DNA of 64,000 nt from Candidatus Brocadiia bacterium (GCA_050015075.1 JBEKCB010000013.1:32001-96000), one strand, 5' to 3'. Shown: positions 10,190 through 21,243, numbered from the stretch's first letter. A program made the numbers and translations. The notes: generated by a model from the sequence alone, not told the origin.

Positions 10190-11713
10190 GTGAGCGACAA
10201 ACATATCGCGGTCAGAAACGTCGCTGCGAATTGGATCGGCGCGGCCTTCACCATGATGGCCGGGTTCTTCCTGATGCCCTACACGATCCACAAGCTCGGC
10301 GACGCTGTGTACGGGCTCTGGATGCTGCTCTCCCTGTTCACCGGCAATTTCGGCGTGCTGGACCTGGGCGTCCGCGACGCCGTAGGGCGGTACATTGCGT
10401 TCCACCGCGCGCGGGGCCAGCCGGAAGAAGTCAACTCGATCCTCAGCACGGCCATGGTAATCCTGTTGACGGCCGCCTGCGTGTCCTTCCTCATCTTCCT
10501 GGTCACGCAGTTCCTGTTCTACCGGGTCTTCCAGGTCCCGCCGGGCACGGAGACCATGGCGCGGCTGGCTTTCCTGGCCATCGGGCTCAACATGGCGCTG
10601 AGGTTCCCCCTGAGCGTGTTCGACGCCACCCTCTGGGCGAACCAGCGGTTCGATCAGATCAACGCGGTCAACATCGTGACCGACCTGTTAAGGGCCGGGG
10701 CGATGTTCCTGTTCCTTTGGAGGGGATACGGCCTGGTGATGCTGACCGTGCTGACGCTGGCCAGCACGATCGCCAACGCGGGGCTCAAGGCGGTGCTCTC
10801 ATTCCGGCAGAATCCGGAAATGGTCATCCATCCCAGGTTCTTCCGCCGGAAATCGGTCCGGGAGCTGTTCAGTTTCGGCCTCTCGAGCTTCATGAACGCC
10901 ATGGGCAGCCGGCTGAGCTCGTTTCTGACGGCCGCATTTGCGGGCCACTACCTGGCGCTGGCCGCCGTCACGGGCCTGAGCATCGCGCAGAGGCTCTGCG
11001 ACTACGCCACGCAATTCGTCTGCGACGCGGCCGCCGTGCTCACGCCCATCGCGACCAAGTTCCACGCCAAGAACGACCTGGCGCGCCAGCAGAACCTGGC
11101 CGTCACGGCCGGCCGGTACATGTTCGCGCTGAGCCTGTATTTCTTCATCGGCTTCGCGTTTCTCGGCGGGCCTTTGATCGTGCGGTGGATGGGGCCCTCC
11201 TACGGCCATCTCCACGCGATCCTCGTCATCCTGGCCGCCGGCGCGCTGTTCGGAGCCGCCCAGAATGTCAGCACCAACATCATCCTGAGCATGGCCAAGC
11301 ACAGGATTCTCGCCTATGTCCGGGTCGCCGCCGCGCTGCTGCTCATCGGCACTTCCTACATGCTGCTGCAGTACGGCCTGACAGGCCTGGCGGTGGCCAA
11401 AGCCGTTTTCATCGGGGGATTCCTTCCCACGATCGGGGTCATCTACGCCTGCCATCTTCTCCACTTGCCGCTGTGGAGCTACTTCATCCGCACGCTCGTG
11501 CGGCCGACCCTGACGGCCCTGGTTCCTGCGGCGATCCTGTGGGGCATGGTGACCTTGCATCGGCCGGCGACGTGGGCCGGCATTCTGCTCATGGGCGCGG
11601 CCTATTCGGTCGTCTACGCCGCGGCCTGCGTTCACCTGGTCGGCTACCGGCAGTCCGCAGAGCTGGTCCGGGGAGTCCTGGGGCGGCGCGCTGAAGTCGG
11701 GGAGTCCGCATGA
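10190..11713 (+). CDS. Wzx-like oligosaccharide flippase
   Basis: RNVAANW..FFLMPY.IHKLG...YGLW, DLGV..AVGRYIA; many TM helices; GTG start. Confidence 0.85.
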   Translation: MSDKHIAVRNVAANWIGAAFTMMAGFFLMPYTIHKLGDAVYGLWMLLSLFTGNFGVLDLGVRDAVGRYIAFHRARGQPEEVNSILSTAMVILLTAACVSFLIFLVTQFLFYRVFQVPPGTETMARLAFLAIGLNMALRFPLSVFDATLWANQRFDQINAVNIVTDLLRAGAMFLFLWRGYGLVMLTVLTLASTIANAGLKAVLSFRQNPEMVIHPRFFRRKSVRELFSFGLSSFMNAMGSRLSSFLTAAFAGHYLALAAVTGLSIAQRLCDYATQFVCDAAAVLTPIATKFHAKNDLARQQNLAVTAGRYMFALSLYFFIGFAFLGGPLIVRWMGPSYGHLHAILVILAAGALFGAAQNVSTNIILSMAKHRILAYVRVAAALLLIGTSYMLLQYGLTGLAVAKAVFIGGFLPTIGVIYACHLLHLPLWSYFIRTLVRPTLTALVPAAILWGMVTLHRPATWAGILLMGAAYSVVYAAACVHLVGYRQSAELVRGVLGRRAEVGESA

Positions 11714-12897
11714 ACATCTGCTTTCACTGCTTCTCCCTGTTTCCGACCACGCTGCGCGGCGGCATTTCGTATTATGTCCTGCGCATAGCGCGCGAGCTGA
11801 CCGCGCAGGGTGAACACTCGATCCACATCCTGACCGACCATGAACCGGACGCGGACTGGACCGATCCGCCGAACGTGCGGTTGCACGTGGTCAAGGTCCG
11901 CTGGCTTCCCGTGGTCGGGCGATGGTTCCCCGGAGTGCGGGAGAGCGCTCAGATCGCGCGCGCCCTCTGGCGGGTGCACCGGCGGTATGGCATTGACGTG
12001 GTGGAGTTCCCGAACTGGGAGGCGCCCAACCTGATTTATAACTGGTGGAAGCCCGCCCCGAGCGTCACGCGCTTGTCCACCTCGTTCGCCGAGACGCGGC
12101 GGATTGACGAGCTGCAGCTCGGCCCGTCGGAGCGTTTCGCGCTCTGGAGCGAGCGCGCGGCCGCCCTCGACAGCACCGCGCTGATGACCCATACCCTGGC
12201 GCATCGCCGCACCATGGTCGCCGAACTCGGCGTGCGCGAAGAGCGGATCGGCCTCGTCCCGCACGGCATCGAAGTGCCCGAGCAGTTCCCCGAGCCGGCC
12301 GCGCGCGCGCCGGATGCGCCGCTCAAGGTCCTCTTCGTCGGGCGGCTGGAGCATCGCAAAGGGATATTCGATCTCTTGCAGGCCCTGCCGGCGGTCGTGG
12401 ACCGCGCGCCGCGTTTCGACCTGACGATCATCGGGCGGGACCGGCGGCATGCGCCCGGCGGCCGGACGTTCCGGCAGTATTTCGAGCAGGAGTTCCCGCC
12501 GGCGATGAAGGCGCGGGTGACCTTCTGCGACGTGGCCTCGGATGCGGAACTGGACAACGCCTACCGAACCACCGACCTGTTCGTGGCCCCGGCGCTGTAC
12601 GAATCCTTCGGCTTGACCTATATTGAAGCGATGCGCTACGGCAAGCCGGTGATCGGCTGCCGCGCCGGCGGAGTGCCCGAGGTGGTCAAGGACGGCGTCA
12701 CGGGCGTGCTGGTTCCGCCTTCCGATCCCGAGGAGCTTGCGAAGGCAATGATCGCCCTCCTGTCGAATGACGCGTTGCGCAATTCGATGGGACGCGAGGC
12801 GCATCGCTGGACGAAAGCGACTTACTCCATCCACCACACGGCCCGGCGCCAGGTGGAGTTCTATCGCGAAGTGATTGCGCGGGAGAATCGCCGATGA
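11710..12897 (+). CDS. GT4 glycosyltransferase
   Basis: FVGRLEHRKG, ESFGLTYIEAM (EX7E). Confidence 0.9.
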   Translation: MNICFHCFSLFPTTLRGGISYYVLRIARELTAQGEHSIHILTDHEPDADWTDPPNVRLHVVKVRWLPVVGRWFPGVRESAQIARALWRVHRRYGIDVVEFPNWEAPNLIYNWWKPAPSVTRLSTSFAETRRIDELQLGPSERFALWSERAAALDSTALMTHTLAHRRTMVAELGVREERIGLVPHGIEVPEQFPEPAARAPDAPLKVLFVGRLEHRKGIFDLLQALPAVVDRAPRFDLTIIGRDRRHAPGGRTFRQYFEQEFPPAMKARVTFCDVASDAELDNAYRTTDLFVAPALYESFGLTYIEAMRYGKPVIGCRAGGVPEVVKDGVTGVLVPPSDPEELAKAMIALLSNDALRNSMGREAHRWTKATYSIHHTARRQVEFYREVIARENRR

Positions 12898-13838
12898 TCG
12901 CGGAGGCGCATCCGCTGGTCAGCGCGATCATACCCACGTACAATTACGGCCGGTTCGTCGTCGAGGCGGTGGAGAGCGCCCTGGCGCAGACCTGGTCGCC
13001 GGTGGAGGTGGTCGTCGTGGACGACGGCTCGACGGACGACACTGCGGAGCGCCTGCGGCCTTACGGCGAGCGCATCCGCTATATCCACCAGCAGAACCGC
13101 GGCCTTTCCGGCGCGCGCAACGCCGGCATCCGCGCGGCGCGCGGAGAGTACGTGGCGCTGCTGGACTCCGACGACACGTGGAAGCCGGAGAAGATCGCCG
13201 CGCAGATGTCGCTGGTCAGCGCGAAAGGCTACCCGGCCGTCGTCTGCCGGACCTCATGGCCGAAAGGCGCGGCTGAGGAACTCGGCTTCGAGGACTGCTT
13301 CTTCTCCGGCCCCGGGTTCGGCTCGACGGCGCTGATGCGCAAGTCGCTTTTCAACGAGGTCGGGGAGTTCGATGAGACCCTGCGGAGCGTCGAGGACCGC
13401 GACATGATGCTCCGCCTGACCCGTGGCCGGCGGAAGATCGGCGTGCTCGTCGGCGACTACGTGACGATCCGCCACCATCCCGGGAACATGAGCAAGAACG
13501 CCGCGACCATGGAACGCAACTTCCTGCGCGTCTTGGACAAGGCCTTCGACTGGCCCGAGGCGCGCCGCCGCTACGTCCTCAAAGCGAAGGCCCGCAGCAA
13601 TGCCTGCATGGATTGCTCCTGGGTGTATTTCGTCCAGGGAGACCGCGGGAAGGCGCTGGCCCGGCTGGTCGCATCGTTCTGCCTCTTCCCGCTCCCGGCC
13701 GGAGCGAGCTTCGGCCGGACGCGTTTCATCCGGTTGAAACTGCTGCTGCGCTACCTGCTCGGCGACCGGCGGAGCGGCGCGATGAGGGCGGCTTCCGGCG
13801 GAGCTGAATCAGATCGAGGAGGCTCGGTGCGCGGATGA
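12894..13838 (+). CDS. GT2 glycosyltransferase
   Basis: VSAIIPTYN, VDDGSTD, LDSDD, VEDRD. Confidence 0.9.
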   Translation: MIAEAHPLVSAIIPTYNYGRFVVEAVESALAQTWSPVEVVVVDDGSTDDTAERLRPYGERIRYIHQQNRGLSGARNAGIRAARGEYVALLDSDDTWKPEKIAAQMSLVSAKGYPAVVCRTSWPKGAAEELGFEDCFFSGPGFGSTALMRKSLFNEVGEFDETLRSVEDRDMMLRLTRGRRKIGVLVGDYVTIRHHPGNMSKNAATMERNFLRVLDKAFDWPEARRRYVLKAKARSNACMDCSWVYFVQGDRGKALARLVASFCLFPLPAGASFGRTRFIRLKLLLRYLLGDRRSGAMRAASGGAESDRGGSVRG

Positions 13839-14593
13839 ACCTCGTGCAACGAATGAAGGACAAGCTGCGGAACCCTCAGACGCCGTTCACCCGGCTTCTC
13901 CGGGCCGCGGTGCTGTTCGTTTACAACTTCTCCATCCGGCCGGTGGGGCCGCTGAAATGGTTCTACTTGGCGCTGTACTACAGCGGCCACGCCGGCGCCG
14001 AGGTCTGGCGGCGGGTCATTGCCGGAATCCTGTGGAAGCCGATGTTCATAGCCCGCTGCCGCCGCGTCGGCCGGCGGCTGCAACTCGAGCAACTGCCCTA
14101 CGTCACCGGCGCCGGGATCATCGAGCTGGGCGACGATGTGCGGATCAGCGGGAAGATCGGCATCACGTTCAACGACCGGTTCGCCGAGGCGCCGCGGCTC
14201 GTCGTCGGCGACAAAACGTTCATCGGGACCGGGTGCAGTTTTTCGCTGGCCAGCCGCATCACCATCGGGCAGAGGTGCCTGCTCGCCTCTCGCGTTTCCA
14301 TTCGCGACAACGACGGCCATCCGCTGAACCCCGAGCAGCGCGGCCAGGGCCAGGCCATTCCCGCCGAGAGCGCCCGGCCGGTGACCCTCGGAGACAACGT
14401 GTGGCTGGGCCGAGGCTGTCAGATCCTGAAAGGCGTGACGATCGGGAACAACTCCGTGATCGGCATCGGTTCCCTCGTCAACAAGGATGTCCCCGCGAAC
14501 TGCGTGGCCGCCGGCACCCCCGCGAAGGTCATCCGTGAATTCAGCGGCGACACGCCGGCAGCGCGGCCGGCTCCGGACGCGGCCGAGGCATGA
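13835..14593 (+). CDS. hexapeptide-repeat (LbH) O-acyltransferase
   Basis: DNDGHP, PVTLGDNVWLG..ILKGVTIG, AAGTPAKVIR. Confidence 0.9.
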   Translation: MNLVQRMKDKLRNPQTPFTRLLRAAVLFVYNFSIRPVGPLKWFYLALYYSGHAGAEVWRRVIAGILWKPMFIARCRRVGRRLQLEQLPYVTGAGIIELGDDVRISGKIGITFNDRFAEAPRLVVGDKTFIGTGCSFSLASRITIGQRCLLASRVSIRDNDGHPLNPEQRGQGQAIPAESARPVTLGDNVWLGRGCQILKGVTIGNNSVIGIGSLVNKDVPANCVAAGTPAKVIREFSGDTPAARPAPDAAEA

Positions 14594-14630
14594 CTCCGCC
14601 GGCGAAGGCCGCGCATGAAAGGACACGGGC

Positions 14631-15656
14631 ATGGAATTTCTGAAGCGGTCCGGCGTTCAATTGTGGAATCCCTTTGAGGTCGAGTCGCTGCCGCTGCTCG
14701 CCGCGACCTTCATGCAGGGATATCGCCATTACCCCAAGCGAAGCCTGGCGACCGCTCTTCGCAAGCGCCCGTTCCGACTGCTCTACAAGATGCTCCGTTC
14801 CGCCGGCGTCGGCGGCCGCGGCCGGGCGCTTTATCGCCGCGGCGGCCAGGTCCGGCCGTTCAGCTTCAACGCGCGCAACATTCAGTTCGAGAGCATCTAC
14901 ATGCCGCACCTCGTCGGCGCGTACGAGCCGGAAACCCTGGCGTTGCTGGACGCCCTGATCGGCGCCGGGGATGTCTTTTACGACATCGGCAGCAACTGGG
15001 GGCATTATACCCTCCACGTCGCGAGCCAGCCCGGATTCCAGGGAAAAATCCACTCCTTCGAGCCGTTCCCGGCGACCTTCAAGGACCTCGAGGAAACGGT
15101 CCGCCAGGCGGGCCTGCAGGAGATCGCGACCTGCCACAACTTCGCGCTGTCGAACGCGCGCGCCGAAAGCGCGATGACGCTGCCCGACGGCCTCCGGTCC
15201 GGCCTGGCGACTTTGAGCAATGCCGGCGGCGGCGTCCCCGTGACCACGCGCAGGCTGGACGATCTGGGGCTGCCTCCGCCGGCGGTCATGAAGGTGGACG
15301 TGGAAGGGCACGAAGCGCAGGTCTTCGAGGGCGGACGGAAACTCCTGACCGCCGCCGCGCCTTTCATCGTCTTCGAGAACCAGGCCGGCTACGAGAACCC
15401 GGCCCAGGCCGTGGAACCGTTGAATGTCCTCGAGGCGCTCGGCTATGTTTTCTTTGTGCCGGTGCTCCTCGCGCAGAAGGACGGCGTCCTCTGCGCGCTG
15501 CCTTCCGGCGTGGGCGAGCGGCGCTACGCCGCGCTGGACCTCGGCCTGTTCCGGCTCCGCAAAGAGGCCCGCTTTCTCTTCGAGGAGCAGATCAACATTC
15601 TGGCCTGCCCGGCCTCGAAGCTCGAAGAGTTCGCGCGCCGGTTCGAGCAAGCCTGA
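14631..15656 (+). CDS. FkbM-family methyltransferase
   Basis: FYDIGSNWG, SFEP, MKVDVEGHE. Confidence 0.9.
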   Translation: MEFLKRSGVQLWNPFEVESLPLLAATFMQGYRHYPKRSLATALRKRPFRLLYKMLRSAGVGGRGRALYRRGGQVRPFSFNARNIQFESIYMPHLVGAYEPETLALLDALIGAGDVFYDIGSNWGHYTLHVASQPGFQGKIHSFEPFPATFKDLEETVRQAGLQEIATCHNFALSNARAESAMTLPDGLRSGLATLSNAGGGVPVTTRRLDDLGLPPPAVMKVDVEGHEAQVFEGGRKLLTAAAPFIVFENQAGYENPAQAVEPLNVLEALGYVFFVPVLLAQKDGVLCALPSGVGERRYAALDLGLFRLRKEARFLFEEQINILACPASKLEEFARRFEQA

Positions 15657-15703
15657 AGGCGGGGTTTCATGTCTCGGACACCAGGGGACGAAGAGCGGCT
15701 CGA

Positions 15704-17122
15704 ATGAAGAAGGTGCTTTTCATATCCTATTTCTTTCCGCCCTCGGCCGGCTCGGCCGCGAAGTGCACCGCGCCCTTCGCGAAGTACCTGCGCGAGTTCG
15801 GATACGAGCCGATCGTCCTCGCGCCGGAGCCGCGGACGTTCGCCGAGGACCCGCTGTCGCTGGGCGTGGACCACTCGGGCGATGCCGAGATCCCGCGCGA
15901 CGTGCGCGTCTACCGCGTGCCGCCGTGCGAGCCGTTCGAGCTGCTGCGCCTGCTGAAAAAACTGAAGCTGCTCTGGGTTTTCCATTTCTTCGCGCGGCCC
16001 GACGAGCGGCTCACCTGGTCGCTGGCGGCGATCGCGAAAGGGCTCGACGTCGCGCGGAGCGAGAACGTGGACCTGATTTGCCAGAACCTCGGCCCCTGGA
16101 GCACGTCGGCGACCGGCTACGTGCTGAAATCGGTCCTGCAGAAGCCGCTCGTGTACGACATCAACGATCCATGGACGCAGTGGGCGCTGGGCGTCTGGCC
16201 GACGCCGCTGCATTTCGCGCTGGAACGCCGGATGGAATCGCGCGTCCTGGCCAAGGCGGACGGTATCAGCATGCGCGGCGACACCTATCGCGCGGAACTG
16301 CTCCAGGCGCACCCGGAACTCGATCCGGCGAAGGTCGTCGTCTTCCCGAACGGCTACGATTCGAGCCGTTTGCCGTCGCGCGAGGAGTTGCTGCGCGACC
16401 GGCCCGCCGACGGCCTGCTCCGCATCGTCCACGCCGGAAAATTTTACGACACGTGGGGCCGCCAGGACCGGACCGCCCTGAGCGCAACGCTCAAGTGCGC
16501 CTACGACGCCACGCTGGGCCGGCTGCGGTACTCGCCGCGCGGGCTCGATACCGCCGTCGCCGGGCCGCGCTTTCTCCTGGAAGGTCTCGCGCTCGCGCGA
16601 CGGCGCGATCCCGCCGCGGGGCGAATCCGGCTGGAGTTCATCGGCCGCGTGCATCCCAGCGTCCGCCGGCAGGTCGAGGCGCTCGGCCTCGGCGACGTCG
16701 TCAGGTTGCCCGGCCCGATGCCGCACGACCAATGCCTGCGAAAACTCTTCCAGGCCGATGCGCTTTTCCTGCCGCTCTTCCGCTGGCGCGACGGCGCGCG
16801 CATGGGCGTGCTGCCGCTGAAGCTGTACGAGTACATGGCGACCGGAAACCCCGTCCTCGCCGCCGTGTCCGAGGGCGACCTGAAGGACACGCTCGGACGC
16901 GCCGGCACCGGCATCTTCGTCCGGCCGGACTCGCCGGAGGATTTCGCCGACGCGCTCCTACGCCTCCAGCGCGAGCACGCCGGCGGCGGCATCCGCGTCG
17001 CGCCGGACTGGGACTATATCCGGCAGTTCGAGCGCCGCGCGCTCACGGGGCGGCTGGCGAAACTCATGGACGCGGTCCTCGAGAATCACGCCAGAGGCCG
17101 CCTGAAAAGAAAAGGGGCATGA
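15704..17122 (+). CDS. GT4-like glycosyltransferase
   Basis: MKKVLFISYFFPP, DPW, PNGYD, PLKLYEYMATG. Confidence 0.85.
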   Translation: MKKVLFISYFFPPSAGSAAKCTAPFAKYLREFGYEPIVLAPEPRTFAEDPLSLGVDHSGDAEIPRDVRVYRVPPCEPFELLRLLKKLKLLWVFHFFARPDERLTWSLAAIAKGLDVARSENVDLICQNLGPWSTSATGYVLKSVLQKPLVYDINDPWTQWALGVWPTPLHFALERRMESRVLAKADGISMRGDTYRAELLQAHPELDPAKVVVFPNGYDSSRLPSREELLRDRPADGLLRIVHAGKFYDTWGRQDRTALSATLKCAYDATLGRLRYSPRGLDTAVAGPRFLLEGLALARRRDPAAGRIRLEFIGRVHPSVRRQVEALGLGDVVRLPGPMPHDQCLRKLFQADALFLPLFRWRDGARMGVLPLKLYEYMATGNPVLAAVSEGDLKDTLGRAGTGIFVRPDSPEDFADALLRLQREHAGGGIRVAPDWDYIRQFERRALTGRLAKLMDAVLENHARGRLKRKGA

Positions 17123-18753
17123 TGAACGGAGAGGAAAAACCGAAACCGGCGCCGAGTCTCGCGGCCCGCGTCGCGATCGTCCTGGCCATCGTCCTGGCCG
17201 GCGCAGCGGTGCGCATGGTGATGGTGGCCGGAAAGGCCCAGTTGACTCACGACGAGTGCGACGCCTTCGTGCTCGCGCTCGGCCATGCGCCGCAATACTT
17301 CCACGCGCAGCAGGGCGCGTACCCGGCCGGCCAATGGGTGCCGGCGCGCGTCTGGAAGGACTTCCTGCGAGTGGACCAGCGGTTCTGCTTCGCCGCCATC
17401 CGCTACGGGTGCGCCTTCTACGACAATCATCCGCCGCTCTATTTCTCGCTGCTGCACGTGTGGATGCTGCTGATGGGCGTGACGCCCTGGTCGGGCGTGC
17501 TGCTCAACACGGCGATCGCCATGGCGACCACCGCGGCGCTGTACGGCTTCGCGCGCTTCCTGACCGGCAGCCACTGGGAGGCCGCCTTCATCGCCGCGGC
17601 CTGGGCGCTGAGCCCGATCGTCGTGTCGGTCGCGTTCGAGGCGCGCCCGTACGAACTCAAGGCGCTGATCGCGGTCCTCTTCGTGTGGCAGTCGCTTCGG
17701 ATGATCCGGAACGACCCGACCGCAGGCTGGGGAAACCGCACGGCGATACTGGTCACGGCGCTGGCCGGGATGCTGACCCATTATTACTTCGCGTTCGTGA
17801 TCGCGGCGACCGGGTTCTACGCGCTCGTCCGGCTGGCGCGGCGCGACAACCGGCGGCTGGCGCTCTGGATCGCCCTGTCCGCGGCCGGCTGCCTGCTCCT
17901 CTTCGCGGTCCATCCGGGAGCGCTCGGCGCCGTCGGCCGGCAGCAGCAGACCGTTCCGCCCTTCCAGGCCGAGAACCTGCCCGTGCGGGCCTACCGCGTG
18001 GGCACCACGCTCCTCGGGTTCGCCGCCTATCCTAAATTGCTGAAGGCGGCGCTGCTGGCGGCGCTGATCGTCGGCTTCGTCGCCGGGGCCGTCTGGGTTG
18101 GTCGGCACCGCGAGAAGGCCCTCGCGCTCTACAGGGCCAACGCCGCGGCGCTGATCCCGGTTTACTACTTCGCATTCGTGGGGAGCCTGATCATCCTGCT
18201 CTACATGGCCTTCTTCAGCCACGCCCTAGCGATGGGCGGCAAGTACCTGGCGGCGGCGTGGCCGTTTTGCGCGTTCATTCCGGCGCTGCTGCTGCGGCTG
18301 GTCCCGCGGCGCAAGGCGCTCGTCGCGGGAGTGTTCCTCGCGCTGCTGGCGGCGCAGAGCCTCTGGCAGGCGGCCAATGTCTGGCAGCGGTCGCCTGCGG
18401 CGGATCCTGCGCCCATTTTCGCCGGGCGCGCCCGCCTTCTCTGCGACGATCCGGTCCGAGGTTTCTTCCCGAGGGTGTTCATCCACGCGCCGGACGACAT
18501 GGTGGTCTTCGCCGCGCCGGTGAGCGATCTGCTCAAAAAGCCGGATACCTGGCTCAATGATCTGGGTCCCAGCGCGGTCTACGTGAGCGACTGCACCGAC
18601 GAGTTCGGGAACAGCGACGAGCTGACGCAAATGCTCGGCCTCGTCCGGCCGAACTATACGGCGACACTCCGCGGCGGTGGAATCTACGGCGTCGGCGAGG
18701 TGTTCATGCTCGATCGGTCCACGCCATCCGTTGCACGTCAAGGGAGCCATTAA
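17119..18753 (+). CDS. GT-C (GT39/GT83-like) membrane glycosyltransferase
   Basis: HDE, DNHPPLYF, EARPY, LTHYY; ATG overlaps upstream stop. Confidence 0.8.
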   Translation: MMNGEEKPKPAPSLAARVAIVLAIVLAGAAVRMVMVAGKAQLTHDECDAFVLALGHAPQYFHAQQGAYPAGQWVPARVWKDFLRVDQRFCFAAIRYGCAFYDNHPPLYFSLLHVWMLLMGVTPWSGVLLNTAIAMATTAALYGFARFLTGSHWEAAFIAAAWALSPIVVSVAFEARPYELKALIAVLFVWQSLRMIRNDPTAGWGNRTAILVTALAGMLTHYYFAFVIAATGFYALVRLARRDNRRLALWIALSAAGCLLLFAVHPGALGAVGRQQQTVPPFQAENLPVRAYRVGTTLLGFAAYPKLLKAALLAALIVGFVAGAVWVGRHREKALALYRANAAALIPVYYFAFVGSLIILLYMAFFSHALAMGGKYLAAAWPFCAFIPALLLRLVPRRKALVAGVFLALLAAQSLWQAANVWQRSPAADPAPIFAGRARLLCDDPVRGFFPRVFIHAPDDMVVFAAPVSDLLKKPDTWLNDLGPSAVYVSDCTDEFGNSDELTQMLGLVRPNYTATLRGGGIYGVGEVFMLDRSTPSVARQGSH

Positions 18754-18754
18754 A

Positions 18755-20116
18755 ATGTATGGCCCGGTTTTCCGCAATTTGATCTGGCCGGTCTGGGAGC
18801 GGCTGCACGGCCGGAAGACGCCCGGCTACCTGTCGGAACTCGAACGGACGCAGTGGCTTCCGATGCGCGAGGTTCTGGCGCGGCAGTCCGAGCGGCGCCG
18901 GCGCATCGTGGAGTATGCACACCGCGAAGTGCCGTTCTACCGTCAGCGGTTCGACGCGCTCGGGATTGATCCGGCGCGCTGCCTGGAGCCGGAGACCTGG
19001 CGGCGCATCCCGCTCCTGACGAAGTCGGACCTGCGCGAGCACTTGGAAGAGATGATCGCCGACCGCTTTCGCGGCAAGCCGCTCATCGTCTCGCACTCCG
19101 GCGGCTCGACCGGCACACCCGTCGAGTTCCGTTTCGACCGCGATTACTACGACCGCCGCATCGCCGGTTGGTATCGCGCCGACCGATGGGCCGGATGGGA
19201 CCTCGGCGAGCGGCACATCCTGTTCTGGCTCGGCGTCGGCACCGGCGTCGGCGAGCGCCGGAAGACCGAAGCCTGGAAGGAGCACCTGCACTGGCGTCTC
19301 CTCCGGTGGAAGACGCTCACCGTCACGCGCCTGAGCCCGGAGCGCATTCACCTATATCACCGGGAGCTGCTCAAGTATCGGCCGCGCTCGATCTACGGCA
19401 TCGGCAACGCCATGTACACCGTCGCGGCGCTCCTGGAAGAGGCCGGTCTGGAGCCTCCGCCGGTCCGGGGCATCATCGTCTCAGGCGAGAAGATCTTCGC
19501 GCACCAGAAGGAGCGCATCGCGAAGGTGTTCCGGTCGCCCGTCTTCGAGCGGTACGGCTGCCAGGAATTCACGAACATCGGCGAGGAATGCGACCGGCAC
19601 GACGGCATGCACATCAACGCGGACAGCCTCTACGTCGAGATCACCGACGACCAGGGCGCGCCGGTGCCGCCCGGCGAGGTCGGCCAGGTCGTGGTCACCA
19701 GTTTCGACTCGACAGCCATGCCGTTCATCCGCTACAAGATGGGCGACCTGGCCAGCCTGATCGAAAAACCGTGCGCGTGCGGACGCGGCCTGCCGCGCAT
19801 CGGCGAGGTCCTCGGGCGCGAGATGGACATGATCCACACGCCCGAGGGGAACATCTGCGCGGGGATCATGATGCCGCATTTCATGAAGGAATTCGCGCAC
19901 ATCCGCGGCTTCCAGTTCGTACAGGAGGAACTCGGGCGGCTGCGCGTGCGGCTGGTCCTGGAAAAGGGATTCGATAAGGCGATCCTCGGCTTCATGGAGG
20001 AGCAACTGCGCCGATATCTCGGGCCGACGATGAAAATCGAGTTCGAGTTCGTGGACGAGCTGGAAACGCTGATGTCCGGGAAGTACAAGATGGTGGTCTC
20101 CAAGCTGAAGAAATAG
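18755..20116 (+). CDS. phenylacetate-CoA ligase family (CapK-like) adenylate-forming enzyme
   Basis: SGGSTGTP, YGCQE, MPFIRYKMGD, CACGRGLP, SGKYK. Confidence 0.85.
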   Translation: MYGPVFRNLIWPVWERLHGRKTPGYLSELERTQWLPMREVLARQSERRRRIVEYAHREVPFYRQRFDALGIDPARCLEPETWRRIPLLTKSDLREHLEEMIADRFRGKPLIVSHSGGSTGTPVEFRFDRDYYDRRIAGWYRADRWAGWDLGERHILFWLGVGTGVGERRKTEAWKEHLHWRLLRWKTLTVTRLSPERIHLYHRELLKYRPRSIYGIGNAMYTVAALLEEAGLEPPPVRGIIVSGEKIFAHQKERIAKVFRSPVFERYGCQEFTNIGEECDRHDGMHINADSLYVEITDDQGAPVPPGEVGQVVVTSFDSTAMPFIRYKMGDLASLIEKPCACGRGLPRIGEVLGREMDMIHTPEGNICAGIMMPHFMKEFAHIRGFQFVQEELGRLRVRLVLEKGFDKAILGFMEEQLRRYLGPTMKIEFEFVDELETLMSGKYKMVVSKLKK

Positions 20117-20127
20117 GAGCGCGGGCG

Positions 20128-21243
20128 GTGAAGTTCGTCGTGGCACAAGTCATCAGTTCGTTCCAGGTCGGCGGCGCGGAGGCGCTGGCGCTCGAGCTGG
20201 CCTCGCGCGCGAGCCGCGACCGCTTCGAGCCGATCGCGATCGCGCTGAGGCACACCGGCGACATGGAGCCGCGCTTCCGGCAGGCCGGGATCGAGACGCT
20301 CATGCTCGGTTGCGCGGAAGGGCGCGGACTGGACCTCGGCGGCGTGGTGCGCCTGGCCGGGGCGCTTAGGCGGCGGCGCGTGAGGGTGCTGCACTGTCAC
20401 AATTCCATGGCGACGGTCTACGGCGTGCCCGCCGCGCGGCTGGCCGGCGTGCCGGTGATTGTCTGCACGCGCCACGCCGCGCCGACGATCTATAGCGACC
20501 GCGGGCGGCCGAGGCTGCTCGAACGGATGGCCATCCCGTTCGTGGACCATTTCGCGGCGGTGTCGAACGAGGTCCGCGAGACCGCCGCGCGGCTCGGAAG
20601 GCTTCCTGAGAAGCGCTCCAGCGTAATCTACAACGGCGCGGACATGCAGCGGTTCCGCCCGGCCGACCCGCCGAGGCGCGCGGAAAAGACCGCGCTGATC
20701 TGCGTCGCACGGCTCTCGCCGGAGAAGCGGCACGACGTGCTGCTCGCGGCGGTCCGGCGGCTGCTGGATTCCGGGCTCGCGCTCGAGTTGTCCATCGTCG
20801 GCGACGGGGCGACGCGCCCGGCGCTGGAGAAGCAGATCGCCGACCTGCGCCTGGAGGGCGCCGTCCGCCTGCTCGGCATGCGCGGCGACGTCGCCGAACT
20901 CCTGCGCGAGGCCGACCTCTTCACGATGCCGTCCTCCACGGAGGGAATGCCGATCACCGTCATCGAGGCCATGGCCTGCGCACTGCCGATCGTGGCGACG
21001 GCGGTCGGCGGGTTCCTCGAGCTGGTCAAGGAGGGCGAGAACGGCTTCCTGGTCCCGGTCGGCGACGCGGCGGCGCTCGCGCAGGCCCTAGGCCGGTTGA
21101 TCAAAGACCGCGACCTGCTCCACCGCGTCGGCGCGGTGAACCGGCGCGTCGCCGAGGAGAAGTTCGACATCGCCGACACGGTGCGCAACTACGAGGCGCT
21201 CTTCCTTCGGCTGCTGGAGGCGAAGATCGGAGGCCGCCGCTGA
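20128..21243 (+). CDS. GT4 glycosyltransferase
   Basis: GGAE, VARLSPEK, EGMPITVIEAMA. Confidence 0.9.
   Translation: MKFVVAQVISSFQVGGAEALALELASRASRDRFEPIAIALRHTGDMEPRFRQAGIETLMLGCAEGRGLDLGGVVRLAGALRRRRVRVLHCHNSMATVYGVPAARLAGVPVIVCTRHAAPTIYSDRGRPRLLERMAIPFVDHFAAVSNEVRETAARLGRLPEKRSSVIYNGADMQRFRPADPPRRAEKTALICVARLSPEKRHDVLLAAVRRLLDSGLALELSIVGDGATRPALEKQIADLRLEGAVRLLGMRGDVAELLREADLFTMPSSTEGMPITVIEAMACALPIVATAVGGFLELVKEGENGFLVPVGDAAALAQALGRLIKDRDLLHRVGAVNRRVAEEKFDIADTVRNYEALFLRLLEAKIGGRR

Noticed and set aside
15424-17118. N-terminal half of the 1109-aa ORF
   Set aside because: It is an off-frame shadow of the GT4 gene; the real GT-C starts at 17119.
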